A stretch of DNA of 64,000 nt. Origin: Desulfovibrionaceae bacterium. GTDB lineage: Bacteria; Desulfobacterota; Desulfovibrionia; Desulfovibrionales; Desulfovibrionaceae. Below are positions 27,141-36,784 of this stretch, piece by piece. Below the pieces are notes generated by a model. The model worked only from the letters and a program-made list of their open reading frames with translations, was not told the DNA's origin and ran no database searches. The stretch is from assembly GCA_031553655.1 (NCBI GenBank), contig JAVBLG010000032.1:115-64114 (forward strand), given 5' to 3'. The position numbers and the translations under genes were made by a program. The stretch's first letter is position 1. Every line of letters begins with the position of its first letter.

Positions 27141-27205
27141 GCGGGCTTTTTGCTTAAGTCGAGTACCGAAAAAAGTACACTCCTTTCGCAAAAAGCCCGT
27201 TTTCT
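27141..27205 (+). terminator. Compound hairpin terminator after the SbcC-like gene
   Basis: CGGGCTTTTTGC (27142-27153) pairs with GCAAAAAGCCCG (27188-27199). There is an inner GTAC-cgaaaaaa-GTAC hairpin, then TTTTC. Confidence 0.55.
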
Positions 27206-27572
27206 TGCCTTTTGTCCAAAATACGCTTCTTAAGAAACGCATTTGTGTAACCGCACGAAGTGGCCGGGCCGGTCGCAAAGTATCCCGTTTTTAATGATAC
27301 TTTTCGATTAATTTATGTGCCGCGTATCTCGGTTATATCATTTGCTAGCGGCGCTCGTTCAAAAATAACTTGATAAATCATTGCATTAGCATTATACTGC
27401 ATAAGTATAAATAATTTTACTGTGTTACAGCTTGCTCTGTTTTTTGATTATCGCTAAGAGCCGCTATACGTCTATCGTCTAGATCTGTTTCGCAATCTTA
27501 AGAGCAACTATCACGAGGTGTGGCAACTATGTGCTTTGACATTTGATACTTATTCAACATGAGGAGTGAATT

Positions 27573-29717
27573 ATGATTTGGTACCGCAATTTGCGCATGA
27601 CTTCTAAAATAGTGCTTCCTGTTGGTTTGATGCTTATTGTAGCTCTGGGTTTTCTGGCTTGGCAGATTAGGGAAAAAAGTTCCTATGCGATAGAACATGT
27701 GGCGCAGAGAGAATTGGCATATCTGGCCGGGCAGTACGGAAACGAAATCAAATCAGTCTTTGAAGTGGCGCTGGACGGAGCCCAGGCTTTTGCGGACGCG
27801 ATGGTGGTTCCACTGGAAAATAACGACCCCATCACCAGAGAGCGATTCATAATGATGATGGAAGGCGTACAAAAAAGCCGTCCCGAATTTCTAGCCGCCG
27901 GAACAGCCTGGGAACCCAATGCCTACGACGGTAAAGACACCGAAAATGCCGGCAAGCCCGGTTCAGACAAAAACGGCCGTTTCATCCCCTATAGCGCAAC
28001 CGGCTTTCCCCTTACCACCCTTCAGGATCTGGAATCCAGCGAATATTATTCCGAACCCAAAAGGCGCGGCAGAAGCTATTTGAGCAAACCTTATATTTAC
28101 GACGTGGGCGGCGGCAAGAAAATTTTAATGACCACGGCCAGCGCTGTTGTAAAAGTCAAAGGTAAATTCAGCGGTATTGTTCTGATTGATATCTCCCCCG
28201 AAGTAGCCGCAAAGACGGTGAGTTCTCTCCATATTTACCAATCGGGCTGGGGCGCGGTGCTTACCCAGGACGGCACCATAGCGGTGGCCAGAGATGATGC
28301 CAGCTTTGGCAAAAGCATATTTTCCACCGGAGTCACCCAAAAGCAGGATGCCTTGCGTCGAGCCATGAATGCGGGCGAACCTTTTGTGGAGCGCGGCAAC
28401 TACCAGGGCAAGGATTCTTTTTTCTATTATTATCCCATACCCTTCCCCCTGACCGGCCAGAACTGGTATTTTATGGTCAGCGCGCCCATTGACGAGGTGT
28501 TGGCCGAGGTTGCCAACATAAGCCGAGTGACCCTTATTTTCAGCGCCGCTGTTCTGGTTTTGTCCATTCTGGTCATTTTTGTGGTGGTGCGCGCCTGTGC
28601 GAAGCCCATGGGCATTTTGGCCGAAACAGCCAAGGACATAGCCGGGGGCAACCTGCATGCTCCTGTGCATGACGAAAACTTTAGCGGCGAAGTGCTTGAA
28701 TTGAGCACCGCCTTGAAAAATATGATTGCCTCGCTGATTGAAAATATTGAAAAGGCCGAAGCCATGAGCGCCGATGCCCAAGCCCAGACCGCCAAAGCCG
28801 AAGTGGCCATGCGCGAGGCTGAACAGGCCCGGCTGACGGCCGAACGGGCCAAGCGCGACGGCATGCTTGCTGCCGCGAATCAGCTTGAGGGCGTGGTGAA
28901 CATTATTTCCACCGCTTCCGAAGAGCTTTCGGCTCAAATTGAGCAATCGGAACGCGGCTCGTCTGAACAGGCCAACCGCTTGGGCGAGGCGGCAACGGCT
29001 ATGAGCGAAATGAACAGCACAGTAATGGAAGTTGCTCGTAATGCTTCGCAAGCATCGCAAATTTCGGTACAAACCAGGGCCAAGGCCGAAGACGGAGCCA
29101 AGGTAGTGCAATCCGCCGTTACCGGCATACAAAACGTGCAGACTGTCTCGCTTGCGCTTAAGGCCGACATGACAAAACTATCCGAGCAGGCTCAGGGCAT
29201 TTCCCAGATTATGGGTGTTATTTCCGACATAGCCGATCAGACCAATCTTCTCGCCCTTAACGCCGCCATTGAAGCGGCGCGGGCGGGTGACGCCGGGCGC
29301 GGCTTTGCCGTGGTGGCCGATGAGGTGCGCAAGCTGGCCGAAAAAACCATGACTTCCACAGTTGATGTGGGCAATGCCATAAAATCCATACAGGAAAGCG
29401 TTAATCAGAGCATCAAGCAGGTGGATCTGGCCGTAAGCCTCATAGATACGGCAACGGATCAATCCAACAGATCCGGAGAATCACTCAGCGAAATAGTCAC
29501 CATGGTGGACAGCACCGCCGACCAGGTGCGGGGCATAGCCACGGCCAGCGAGCAGCAATCTTCCACCAGCGAAGAGATAAACCGTTCCATAGAGCATATC
29601 AACAGCATAGCTTCGCAAACAGCTGAAGCCATGCATCAGGCGGCCAGGGCCGTGAGCGATCTTGCCGCACAGGCCCAGGCGCTGAGTACGTTGATTGAGG
29701 ATATGAAGAGAGGTTAG
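27573..29717 (+). CDS. Methyl-accepting chemotaxis protein (periplasmic dCache-like sensor, HAMP, MA domain)
   Basis: GAGGAG SD. Two TM segments flank a domain of about 290 aa. Highly conserved signalling hairpin ADQTNLLALNAAIEAARAGDAGRGFAVVADEVRKLAE. Confidence 0.92.
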   Translation: MIWYRNLRMTSKIVLPVGLMLIVALGFLAWQIREKSSYAIEHVAQRELAYLAGQYGNEIKSVFEVALDGAQAFADAMVVPLENNDPITRERFIMMMEGVQKSRPEFLAAGTAWEPNAYDGKDTENAGKPGSDKNGRFIPYSATGFPLTTLQDLESSEYYSEPKRRGRSYLSKPYIYDVGGGKKILMTTASAVVKVKGKFSGIVLIDISPEVAAKTVSSLHIYQSGWGAVLTQDGTIAVARDDASFGKSIFSTGVTQKQDALRRAMNAGEPFVERGNYQGKDSFFYYYPIPFPLTGQNWYFMVSAPIDEVLAEVANISRVTLIFSAAVLVLSILVIFVVVRACAKPMGILAETAKDIAGGNLHAPVHDENFSGEVLELSTALKNMIASLIENIEKAEAMSADAQAQTAKAEVAMREAEQARLTAERAKRDGMLAAANQLEGVVNIISTASEELSAQIEQSERGSSEQANRLGEAATAMSEMNSTVMEVARNASQASQISVQTRAKAEDGAKVVQSAVTGIQNVQTVSLALKADMTKLSEQAQGISQIMGVISDIADQTNLLALNAAIEAARAGDAGRGFAVVADEVRKLAEKTMTSTVDVGNAIKSIQESVNQSIKQVDLAVSLIDTATDQSNRSGESLSEIVTMVDSTADQVRGIATASEQQSSTSEEINRSIEHINSIASQTAEAMHQAARAVSDLAAQAQALSTLIEDMKRG

Positions 29718-29848
29718 ATACCGCTCATGTGTTACTTACCTTGGTCATATTATTCGCTCGCGACATTGATTAAAAAATATATTGACAATGTTCCTGATTT
29801 GGGCATAGGCTGACTCTCGAACAAAATTACACAGGACAAAATTTTATT

Positions 29849-29935
29849 ATGAACACCGCCGCCAACAGTTTCTCTTTCTTTTACTTTAGCTATTTTTATT
29901 GCTGGGGAGACGCTCGCGGCCGCGTTGCCTGTTAA
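29849..29935 (+). CDS. Aromatic-amino-acid operon leader peptide (28 aa), rich in Phe/Tyr/Trp codons
   Basis: Reads MNTAANSFSFFYFSYFYCWGDARGRVAC*. Nine of twelve consecutive residues (positions 8-19) are aromatic. A terminator follows, and then the aro operon. Confidence 0.65.
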   Translation: MNTAANSFSFFYFSYFYCWGDARGRVAC

Positions 29936-29962
29936 TTTTGGCATTTTGAACATCAGGAACAG

Positions 29963-29996
29963 ACGGGCCGCCCAAAAAGCGGCCCGTTTTTTTTTA
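29963..29996 (+). terminator. Attenuator terminator upstream of the aro operon
   Basis: ACGGGCCGC-ccaaaaa-GCGGCCCGT is a 9-bp stem followed by 9 T. It lies 114 nt before ATG 30110. Confidence 0.8.
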
Positions 29997-30109
29997 TTCA
30001 TCACACTCCCACGCATAACCGGAACCATAAAATGGCGGCGCGAGCGTGGGGGTACAAAACAGGGCATTTTGCAAAAAATAATCAAAAAATGCCATAGGGG
30101 GATAAGAAA

Positions 30110-30907
30110 ATGCATCTTGGTAAAAAAATACGTCTGGAAAGGATCATCAACCGCAAAACCCAAAAAACCCTGATTATCCCCATGGATCACGGAGTTACCG
30201 TGGGAGCAATCGAAGGGCTTGTGGACATGCGCGAAGCCGTGAACGACATGGCCGAAGGCGGAGCCGACGCCGTGCTCATGCACAAAGGGCTGGTGCGCTG
30301 CGGGCACCGCAAGGCGGGCCGCGACCTGGGCCTTATAGTGCATCTTTCGGCCTCAACCGCGCTTTCGCCGCTGGCCAACACCAAGGTTCTGGTATGCACT
30401 GTGGAAGAGGCCATCAAGCACGGCGCGGACGCGGTTTCCGTTCATGTGAATCTGGGCGACCCCAATGAAAGAATCATGCTGGCCGACATGGGCCGTGTGG
30501 CCGAGGCCTGCGACAACTGGGGCATTCCTCTGTTGGCCATGGTCTACGCCAGAGGGCCGCAAATAGAAAACAGCTTCGCCCCGGCCGTGGTGGCCCATTG
30601 CGCCAGGGTGGGCGTGGAGCTTGGCGCGGACATCGTAAAGGTTTCCTACAGCGGTGACGTGGAATCTTTCTCCGAAGTCGTGGCGGCTTGCTGCGTGCCC
30701 GTGGTCATCGCCGGGGGTGAGCGCATGGAATCCACCCGCGACTTCCTTCAGGTGGTGCATGACTCTATGAAGGCCGGTGGCGCGGGCCTTTCCGTTGGCC
30801 GCAATGTGTTCCAGCACCCCAATCGCGCGGCCCTGGTGCGCGCCCTGCGTGCCTTGGTGCACGAAGGAGCTGATGTGGATGCCGCTCTGGCCATGGTTGG
30901 AGAATAA
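30110..30907 (+). CDS. 2-amino-3,7-dideoxy-D-threo-hept-6-ulosonate (ADH) synthase, DhnA-type class I aldolase (alternative first step of shikimate pathway)
   Basis: IIPMDHGVT..., DAVLMHKG..., DIVKVSY (Schiff-base Lys context). MJ0400-like family. Lies adjacent to the DHQ synthase II gene. Confidence 0.82.
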   Translation: MHLGKKIRLERIINRKTQKTLIIPMDHGVTVGAIEGLVDMREAVNDMAEGGADAVLMHKGLVRCGHRKAGRDLGLIVHLSASTALSPLANTKVLVCTVEEAIKHGADAVSVHVNLGDPNERIMLADMGRVAEACDNWGIPLLAMVYARGPQIENSFAPAVVAHCARVGVELGADIVKVSYSGDVESFSEVVAACCVPVVIAGGERMESTRDFLQVVHDSMKAGGAGLSVGRNVFQHPNRAALVRALRALVHEGADVDAALAMVGE

Positions 30908-30970
30908 TCCGGAGCCAGGGGATAAAACCGGAACCGGCATTTCCAACTGGAAATGCCGCGGGAGAAGACC

Positions 30971-31948
30971 ATGACTGAAATATTGTTTAAAAGCGCGCCG
31001 ACGGTCAAAGAAGAACTTACCCTGGCCTTAGAGGCCGGGGTCGATGGGCTTGTCGTGCCCCACGATAGCCTGGATTCCGCATTGGGACTGGCTCGTTGTG
31101 ATGTTGTAGCCGCCGAAGATTTGCCTGTATTCGCTATTATCAACAAAGAAAGCGAAGAGGAAGCCATACGTCGCTACAAGAGCGGGGAAAGACTTATTAT
31201 AGGACGGGGCGCGGAAATAATCCCCCTCGAAAATATTCTGGCGGCGCTTCCGGACACTAAAGTCTACATGGAAGCGGGCAGCCTGGCCGAGGCCGAGCTG
31301 GCCGCCGGAATTCTGGAGCGCGGCGTGCAGGTTGTTGTGCTCACCCCCGAAGCTCTGCCCGATATAAGGCAAATTGTGTCTCGTCTCAAAACCGGAAAGG
31401 GCGAATTTTCTCTGCAAACGGCGGAAATAACCGCCATACGTCAGGCCGGTCTGGGCCATCGGGTGTGCATTGACACCATATCCATTTTAAAACGTGGGCA
31501 AGGCATGCTGGTGGGCAATTCCAGCGCCTTTTCCTTTCTGGTGCATGCTGAAACTGAATATAATGCTTATGTGGCGGCCCGCCCATTCCGGGTGAATGCC
31601 GGGGCTGTGCAGAGCTATGCTTTCATGCCCGGAGACAAAACACGCTATCTGGAAGAAATACGCTGCGGCGACGAAGTGCTGATTGTGTCGGCTGACGGCT
31701 CGGCTCACGCGGCAACTGTTGGCCGCGTTAAAACCGAAATAAGGCCTATGCTGCTTATTGAGGCCCGCATTGGCGAAATCAGGGGTACGGTTTTTCTGCA
31801 AAATGCCGAAACTATACGCCTCACCCGCCCGGACGGCGTTCCGGTAAGCGTGGTGGCCCTGAAGGAAGGCGACGAGGTGTTGTGCCATACCGATGCCGCC
31901 GGGAGGCATTTCGGTATGCGCATCAATGAAAATATCATGGAGATTTAA
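30971..31948 (+). CDS. 3-dehydroquinate synthase type II (archaeal-type)
   Basis: GMLVGNSSAFSFLVHAET and the overall MJ1249-like pattern. ATG 30971 has a GGAG SD, so it is preferred over the ORF-track alternative at 30953. Confidence 0.8.
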   Translation: MTEILFKSAPTVKEELTLALEAGVDGLVVPHDSLDSALGLARCDVVAAEDLPVFAIINKESEEEAIRRYKSGERLIIGRGAEIIPLENILAALPDTKVYMEAGSLAEAELAAGILERGVQVVVLTPEALPDIRQIVSRLKTGKGEFSLQTAEITAIRQAGLGHRVCIDTISILKRGQGMLVGNSSAFSFLVHAETEYNAYVAARPFRVNAGAVQSYAFMPGDKTRYLEEIRCGDEVLIVSADGSAHAATVGRVKTEIRPMLLIEARIGEIRGTVFLQNAETIRLTRPDGVPVSVVALKEGDEVLCHTDAAGRHFGMRINENIMEI

Positions 31949-31954
31949 TAGAAA

Positions 31955-33076
31955 ATGGCTCCTGACTTACAGATATTGCGCCAGGAAATAGATCGGATTG
32001 ACGACGAGCTTTTGCGGCTTTTAAACCGCCGCGCCGCCATTAGTATTGATGTTGGCAAAAGCAAGGCCGCAAACACCCAGATTTTCAATCCAAGGCGCGA
32101 AGAAAACATTTTGAACGAGCTGCGCGAGAAAAATTCCGGCCCCCTGCCCGATGCCCACATGGCGGCCATCTGGCGAGAAATATTCTCTTCTTCGCGCACC
32201 CTGCAAAGAAGGCAGCGCGCCGCCTATCTTGGCCCCGAAGGTACTTTTTCCCACGCTGCCGGACTGGCCTGCCTGGGGCATTCGGTGGACATGATGCCTT
32301 GCCCCGATTTACGCGACGTTTTCATGAGCGTGCACAACCGTGACTGCGATCTGGGCGTCATTCCCCTGGAAAATTCCCTGCACGGCACTGTGGTGCAAAG
32401 CGTGGATCTTTTTATGGAAACCGAGGTGCGTATTCTGGCTGAGACATACCTGCGCATCTCTCACAGCCTGCTCAGCCTTGAAACGTCCCGGGAAAACGTA
32501 TGCAAGGTATATTCACACCCCCAGGCTCTGGCCCAATGTGAAATGTGGTTGCGCGCCAAAATGCCCGGGGCGGAACTGGTTGCTGTGGAATCAACGGCCA
32601 AATCCGCGCTGCTGGCGGCGAACGAGCGCGGCGCGGCGGCCATTGCCAGCGCCGAACTGGCCGATGACAACAATTTGCATGTGCTGGCCGCCAATATTGC
32701 CGATACCCCCGACAATTATACCCGCTTTCTGGTCATAGGCCCGCATAATGAAAGCGAAGCAATCGCCAATAATGCTTTGCCTGTGGACAAAACATCAATT
32801 TTGTTTACAGTATCCGACAAACCCGGCGCTCTGGCAAAAATACTCAATCTTCTGGCCAGAGAAAATATCAACATAAGCAAACTTGAATCGCGACCGCAAA
32901 AAGGGCACAAATGGCGGTACATTTTCTTTGCCGACATCGATTGTGAGCTTGACACACCGGCCCATAGGCACATAATCCATGACCTTAAAGAATTGTGCGA
33001 CAGTTTGCGTATTTTAGGATCGTATGTAAGGGCGCGTCAGCCCTTGACGCCCGCGCCTGGAATATTCTACGAATGA
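31955..33076 (+). CDS. pheA: Bifunctional chorismate mutase / prephenate dehydratase (P-protein)
   Basis: N-terminal CM_2 (LRQEIDRIDDELLRLLNRRA), a PDT domain (AYLGPEGTFSH...PLENSLHG) and a C-terminal ACT domain (SKLESRP). Confidence 0.92.
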   Translation: MAPDLQILRQEIDRIDDELLRLLNRRAAISIDVGKSKAANTQIFNPRREENILNELREKNSGPLPDAHMAAIWREIFSSSRTLQRRQRAAYLGPEGTFSHAAGLACLGHSVDMMPCPDLRDVFMSVHNRDCDLGVIPLENSLHGTVVQSVDLFMETEVRILAETYLRISHSLLSLETSRENVCKVYSHPQALAQCEMWLRAKMPGAELVAVESTAKSALLAANERGAAAIASAELADDNNLHVLAANIADTPDNYTRFLVIGPHNESEAIANNALPVDKTSILFTVSDKPGALAKILNLLARENINISKLESRPQKGHKWRYIFFADIDCELDTPAHRHIIHDLKELCDSLRILGSYVRARQPLTPAPGIFYE

Positions 33077-33160
33077 AATGAGTAAATACTCTTTTAAAAA
33101 AGAGCTTCGAATTATGGATAATTTCAAAAGCAAAATGTTATAAAAGGGAAAAAAGCAGAA

Positions 33161-34477
33161 ATGATTACTGTATTCGCTCCGTCGTCCAAATCTCTTTCGC
33201 ATCGGGCCGTCATTGCCGCTTCTCTGGCCTCTGGGGAATCGTTGTTGGAAAACGTGCTGCAAAGTAAGGATCTGGAGCGCACTATTGCAATCTTGTCGGC
33301 GTCCGGGGCCGAAATAAGTGAAAAAAAACCCGGAATTCTAAAAATAAAAGGTGTGGGCGGCAAATTGGCCGGAGGAAATCCCAATGCTCCGCTGCCCTGC
33401 GATGTGCATGAATCGGGCACAACCTGCCGCCTGCTCACTGCTGTGCTGGCTTCGGGCAAGGGGGTTTTCAGAATCTACGGGGCGCAGCGCATGCACGAGC
33501 GTCCCATTGGCGAATTGGTGGAAGCCCTGCGCGTCGCCGGAGCCAACATTACCTACGAGGGCCGCGACGGTTGCCCTCCGCTGCTGCTGGAAACTGAAGG
33601 TCTGGCCGGAGGCCGGGTGGAGATTACCCTTGACGAGTCCAGCCAGTATCTTTCCGGCCTGCTTCTGGCAGCGCCCCTGGCCGAAAGCGGGTTAGTCATC
33701 AATATTGTTGGAAAAAGTTCCGTGTCCTGGCCCTATGTAGGCCTGACTCTGAAAATTCTCGACGATTTCGGTGTGGACTTCGGCGTGCAGGAAAAAGAAA
33801 ACGGCGCATGGACCAGCCGCGACTGGCGCGGCATAAAAGAGGCCGTGCCCGACAATATGCGCTTTATTGTGGCCCCCGGCGCTTACCGCGCCCGTAAGCT
33901 GGCCGTTGAAGGCGACTGGTCCAATGCCTCATATTTTCTCGCGGCCGGAACAGTTGGAACTAATCCCGTACGCGTAAAAAATCTTGTTGCCGATTCCCTT
34001 CAGGGCGATCGGGCCATCATGGATATTTTAAACAGCATGGGCGCCAAAATAAAAGTGGAAGACAATACCATCACCGCCTATCCCGCCAAATTGCGGGGAG
34101 TGGAGGTAAATATGGCCCATTGCCCGGATCTGGCGCCTACAGTGGCAATAGTGGCCGCCTTTGCCGAAGGCGAAACCAGGATAGGCGGCGTAGCCCACCT
34201 GCGCCTGAAGGAAAGCAACCGCATCACCGCGCCCATCAAAGAAATGCGCAAGGCCGGCATAGCCGCCCACGAAACCGATGACGGCATGGTCATTTACGGC
34301 GGTATGGGTAAACCGGAACCCGGGACCATATTTTCCAGCCATCAGGATCACCGCATGGCCATGTCCCTGGCGCTGTTAGGTCTTAACGGAATTGCCGTGA
34401 ACCTGGATGATGCCGGTGTTGTCGGCAAATCTTTTCCTGATTTCTGGGAAGTATGGCGCAAAGTGGTAAAGCCGTGA
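33161..34477 (+). CDS. aroA: 3-phosphoshikimate 1-carboxyvinyltransferase (EPSP synthase)
   Basis: PSSKSLSHRA..., ESGTTCRLL..., LRLKESNRI..., HQDHRMAMS. Confidence 0.95.
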   Translation: MITVFAPSSKSLSHRAVIAASLASGESLLENVLQSKDLERTIAILSASGAEISEKKPGILKIKGVGGKLAGGNPNAPLPCDVHESGTTCRLLTAVLASGKGVFRIYGAQRMHERPIGELVEALRVAGANITYEGRDGCPPLLLETEGLAGGRVEITLDESSQYLSGLLLAAPLAESGLVINIVGKSSVSWPYVGLTLKILDDFGVDFGVQEKENGAWTSRDWRGIKEAVPDNMRFIVAPGAYRARKLAVEGDWSNASYFLAAGTVGTNPVRVKNLVADSLQGDRAIMDILNSMGAKIKVEDNTITAYPAKLRGVEVNMAHCPDLAPTVAIVAAFAEGETRIGGVAHLRLKESNRITAPIKEMRKAGIAAHETDDGMVIYGGMGKPEPGTIFSSHQDHRMAMSLALLGLNGIAVNLDDAGVVGKSFPDFWEVWRKVVKP

Positions 34478-35226
34478 AGAGCCTGAATGTAGCCGTCATC
34501 GGCCACGAAGGACGCATGGGAGCCATGTTTGCCGAAAGGCTGGCCGAATGCGGGCATCGAGTGCGCGGTCTGGATCGCCCCCTTAGCGCGGAAAAAGCCG
34601 CTGAAGCCCTGGGCAACGTCGATTTGGCTCTTTTGTGCGTTCCGGCTGCGGCTTTTGCCGAGGTGTTGAAAATAATAACACCTTATCTGCCGTCAGACGC
34701 TTTGCTCATGGATATTGCCTCGGTGAAGTCCCTGCCCATGGCCGACATGCGTGCCGCCTGGAAAGGCCGTATGGTGGGCAGCCACCCCCTTTTCGGCCCT
34801 AATCCGCCGCCCGATCCACGCGTGGCCCTTATGCGCGAGTGCGACACTTGCCCGGCATGCTTCGAACTTGCCCGAGAGCTGTTCGAAGACATGGGATATG
34901 TAGTTTTTGAAACTACGGCCAAAAAACACGACCAGGCTATGGCCGCCGTGCAGGGCCTGAACTTTATTTCCAACTTGGCCTATCTGGCCGCTCTGGCCCA
35001 TCAGGACGAACTGCTGCCCTTTCTCACCCCATCCTTTCGGCGGCGTCTGGAATCGGCGCGTAAAATGCTCACCGAAGACGGCGAGCTGTTCTCGGGTCTG
35101 TTCGAAGCCAACCCCTATGCTCAGGACGCCGTAAAGCACTTCCGCTCCTACCTCCATGTGGCCGCCGGAGGCGATGTGGATTTGTTGCTGGAAAAGACTA
35201 AATGGTGGTGGGGGAAGGGGGAGTAG
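34453..35226 (+). CDS. tyrA: Prephenate dehydrogenase
   Basis: VAVIGHEGRMG Rossmann motif and the GSHPLFGP motif. The start is either ATG 34453 or GTG 34474 (GTGA overlap with the aroA stop). The C-terminal WWWGKGE is encoded by a GGGGGAAGGGGG motif. Confidence 0.85.
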   Translation: MAQSGKAVKSLNVAVIGHEGRMGAMFAERLAECGHRVRGLDRPLSAEKAAEALGNVDLALLCVPAAAFAEVLKIITPYLPSDALLMDIASVKSLPMADMRAAWKGRMVGSHPLFGPNPPPDPRVALMRECDTCPACFELARELFEDMGYVVFETTAKKHDQAMAAVQGLNFISNLAYLAALAHQDELLPFLTPSFRRRLESARKMLTEDGELFSGLFEANPYAQDAVKHFRSYLHVAAGGDVDLLLEKTKWWWGKGE

Positions 35227-35358
35227 GTTATTTTCTCTTGATAAAGCCCTGCTACGGGCGTACCAAAGACGTCGTACAACGTATACGCCGACTCTCCGAC
35301 GCGTGCGGCCGCGCTCCGTACGGCCGCGAAAATCTTTGTCCGCAAGCAGGATCTTCCC

Positions 35359-36639
35359 ATGTCTACTTTCCATACCATACTGCCGTATTTAAAGCTTCTT
35401 TTTGTTTTCGCCACCATGCTCACGGCCATACGCTTCAAATTGGGCCTGGGCTGGTCCATGCTGGGCGGCAGTTTTTTGCTGGCCCTGTGTTTTGGCGTTG
35501 ACCCGCTGCAATGGTTTCAGGCCGGAATAAGCATTTTCAGCGACTCCACCATTCTCACCGTGTGGATTATTCTGGCGCTTATTTTGTGCATGTCTTCAAT
35601 TATGGAAAAAAACGGGCAGGCTGAACGCTTCATGGGCGCGCTGTCGCACCGCATCACCAGCCCGTCCGCGCGCCTGGTGTTTTTTCCCATTCTGATCGGC
35701 CTTTTGCCCATGCCCGGCGGCGCGGTTTTTTCCGCTCCGCTGATCAATGCCGTGGCCCGCGATTTTGATCTGCCTGAAGTGGATAAATCGCTTATCAACT
35801 ACTGGTTCAGGCACACGGCGGAAATGTCCTGGCCGCTCTTTCCCGGCATTATCCTGGCCGCGGGCATAGCCGGGGTGCCCACCATCCGCCTGGTACTGGT
35901 AACCGGACCTCTGGTTCTGGTATTCTATGTGGCCGGCTGGTGGTTTTTCATGCGCAAGCTTAAGTTTCCTCCCGGCCCCGGAGTGGTCAGTTCAAAAGAG
36001 GAAGGAAGCTGGAGTAATATTCTCTATCAGGGCCTGCCGATCATTGTAGCCATTGGCGGGGCTTTGATTTTTGAGGCGCTCATTGCCTTTACCTTGCCAT
36101 CCGTCCCCATGGATTATGGGGTAGTACCGGCATTGTGTCTGGCTATAGCCGTGAGCCTTAAGCAAAACGGCAAGACGTTCAAGGATTTTGTCGATGCGCT
36201 GCGCGGTCCGCAAGTGGCCCCGATAATATTTATGGTGGGGGCCATAGGCGTGTTCAAAAACGTGCTGGGAGCGGGCGGCATTGTGCAAAGCCTGCAAATT
36301 TCCGGCGACGGTCTGCTGGCTCTTTCTTTGGCGGCCGTTTTTCTGCCCATGTTGGTGGGGGCTCTCACCGGAATTTTGATGGCCTGTGTGGGGGCTACCT
36401 TCCCGTTGCTGGTTGCGGTGCTGGCCTCCATGGGCATTACCGGAGAGCAAATTATGCCCTGGATCGCCCTTGCTACCTTTTCGGCCTTTTCCGGCACCAT
36501 GGGGTCGCCCCTGCACATCTGCTTTGTGCTGTCCTGCGAATATTTCAAGGTAACCATGCCCGAATCATGGCGCAGACTGCCAGGCCCGGTGGCCTTTTTC
36601 TGGCTGGGAGGCTTTTTGTATTTTATGATGATAAAGTAA
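35359..36639 (+). CDS. Polytopic inner-membrane protein, DUF401-like putative transporter
   Basis: About 10-12 hydrophobic helices. LPMPGGAVFSAPL and WFRHTAEMSWP segments resemble the DUF401/TIGR00529 family as I recall it. Confidence 0.55.
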   Translation: MSTFHTILPYLKLLFVFATMLTAIRFKLGLGWSMLGGSFLLALCFGVDPLQWFQAGISIFSDSTILTVWIILALILCMSSIMEKNGQAERFMGALSHRITSPSARLVFFPILIGLLPMPGGAVFSAPLINAVARDFDLPEVDKSLINYWFRHTAEMSWPLFPGIILAAGIAGVPTIRLVLVTGPLVLVFYVAGWWFFMRKLKFPPGPGVVSSKEEGSWSNILYQGLPIIVAIGGALIFEALIAFTLPSVPMDYGVVPALCLAIAVSLKQNGKTFKDFVDALRGPQVAPIIFMVGAIGVFKNVLGAGGIVQSLQISGDGLLALSLAAVFLPMLVGALTGILMACVGATFPLLVAVLASMGITGEQIMPWIALATFSAFSGTMGSPLHICFVLSCEYFKVTMPESWRRLPGPVAFFWLGGFLYFMMIK

Positions 36640-36784
36640 TCATAACACCGCGCATTTGGAGACAGCCCCTGGCCTTCATTTTGTCTGAAATCGCCCTTGC
36701 CATCGGGGGCAACGCAATATATATTAAAAAGATAAAACTATTGTCGGCGGCATGTTGCCACGGCATTAAGCACGGAGGAAAAAA

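Noticed and set aside
27521-27535. A sigma54-like TGGCAActatgTGCTT upstream of the MCP gene.
   Set aside because: The GG and GC elements are one base too close (GC at positions 13-14 instead of 14-15), and sigma54 spacing is strict.
28125-29132. A 335-aa minus-strand ORF inside the MCP gene.
   Set aside because: It is antisense to the highly conserved MCP signalling domain. Shadow ORF.
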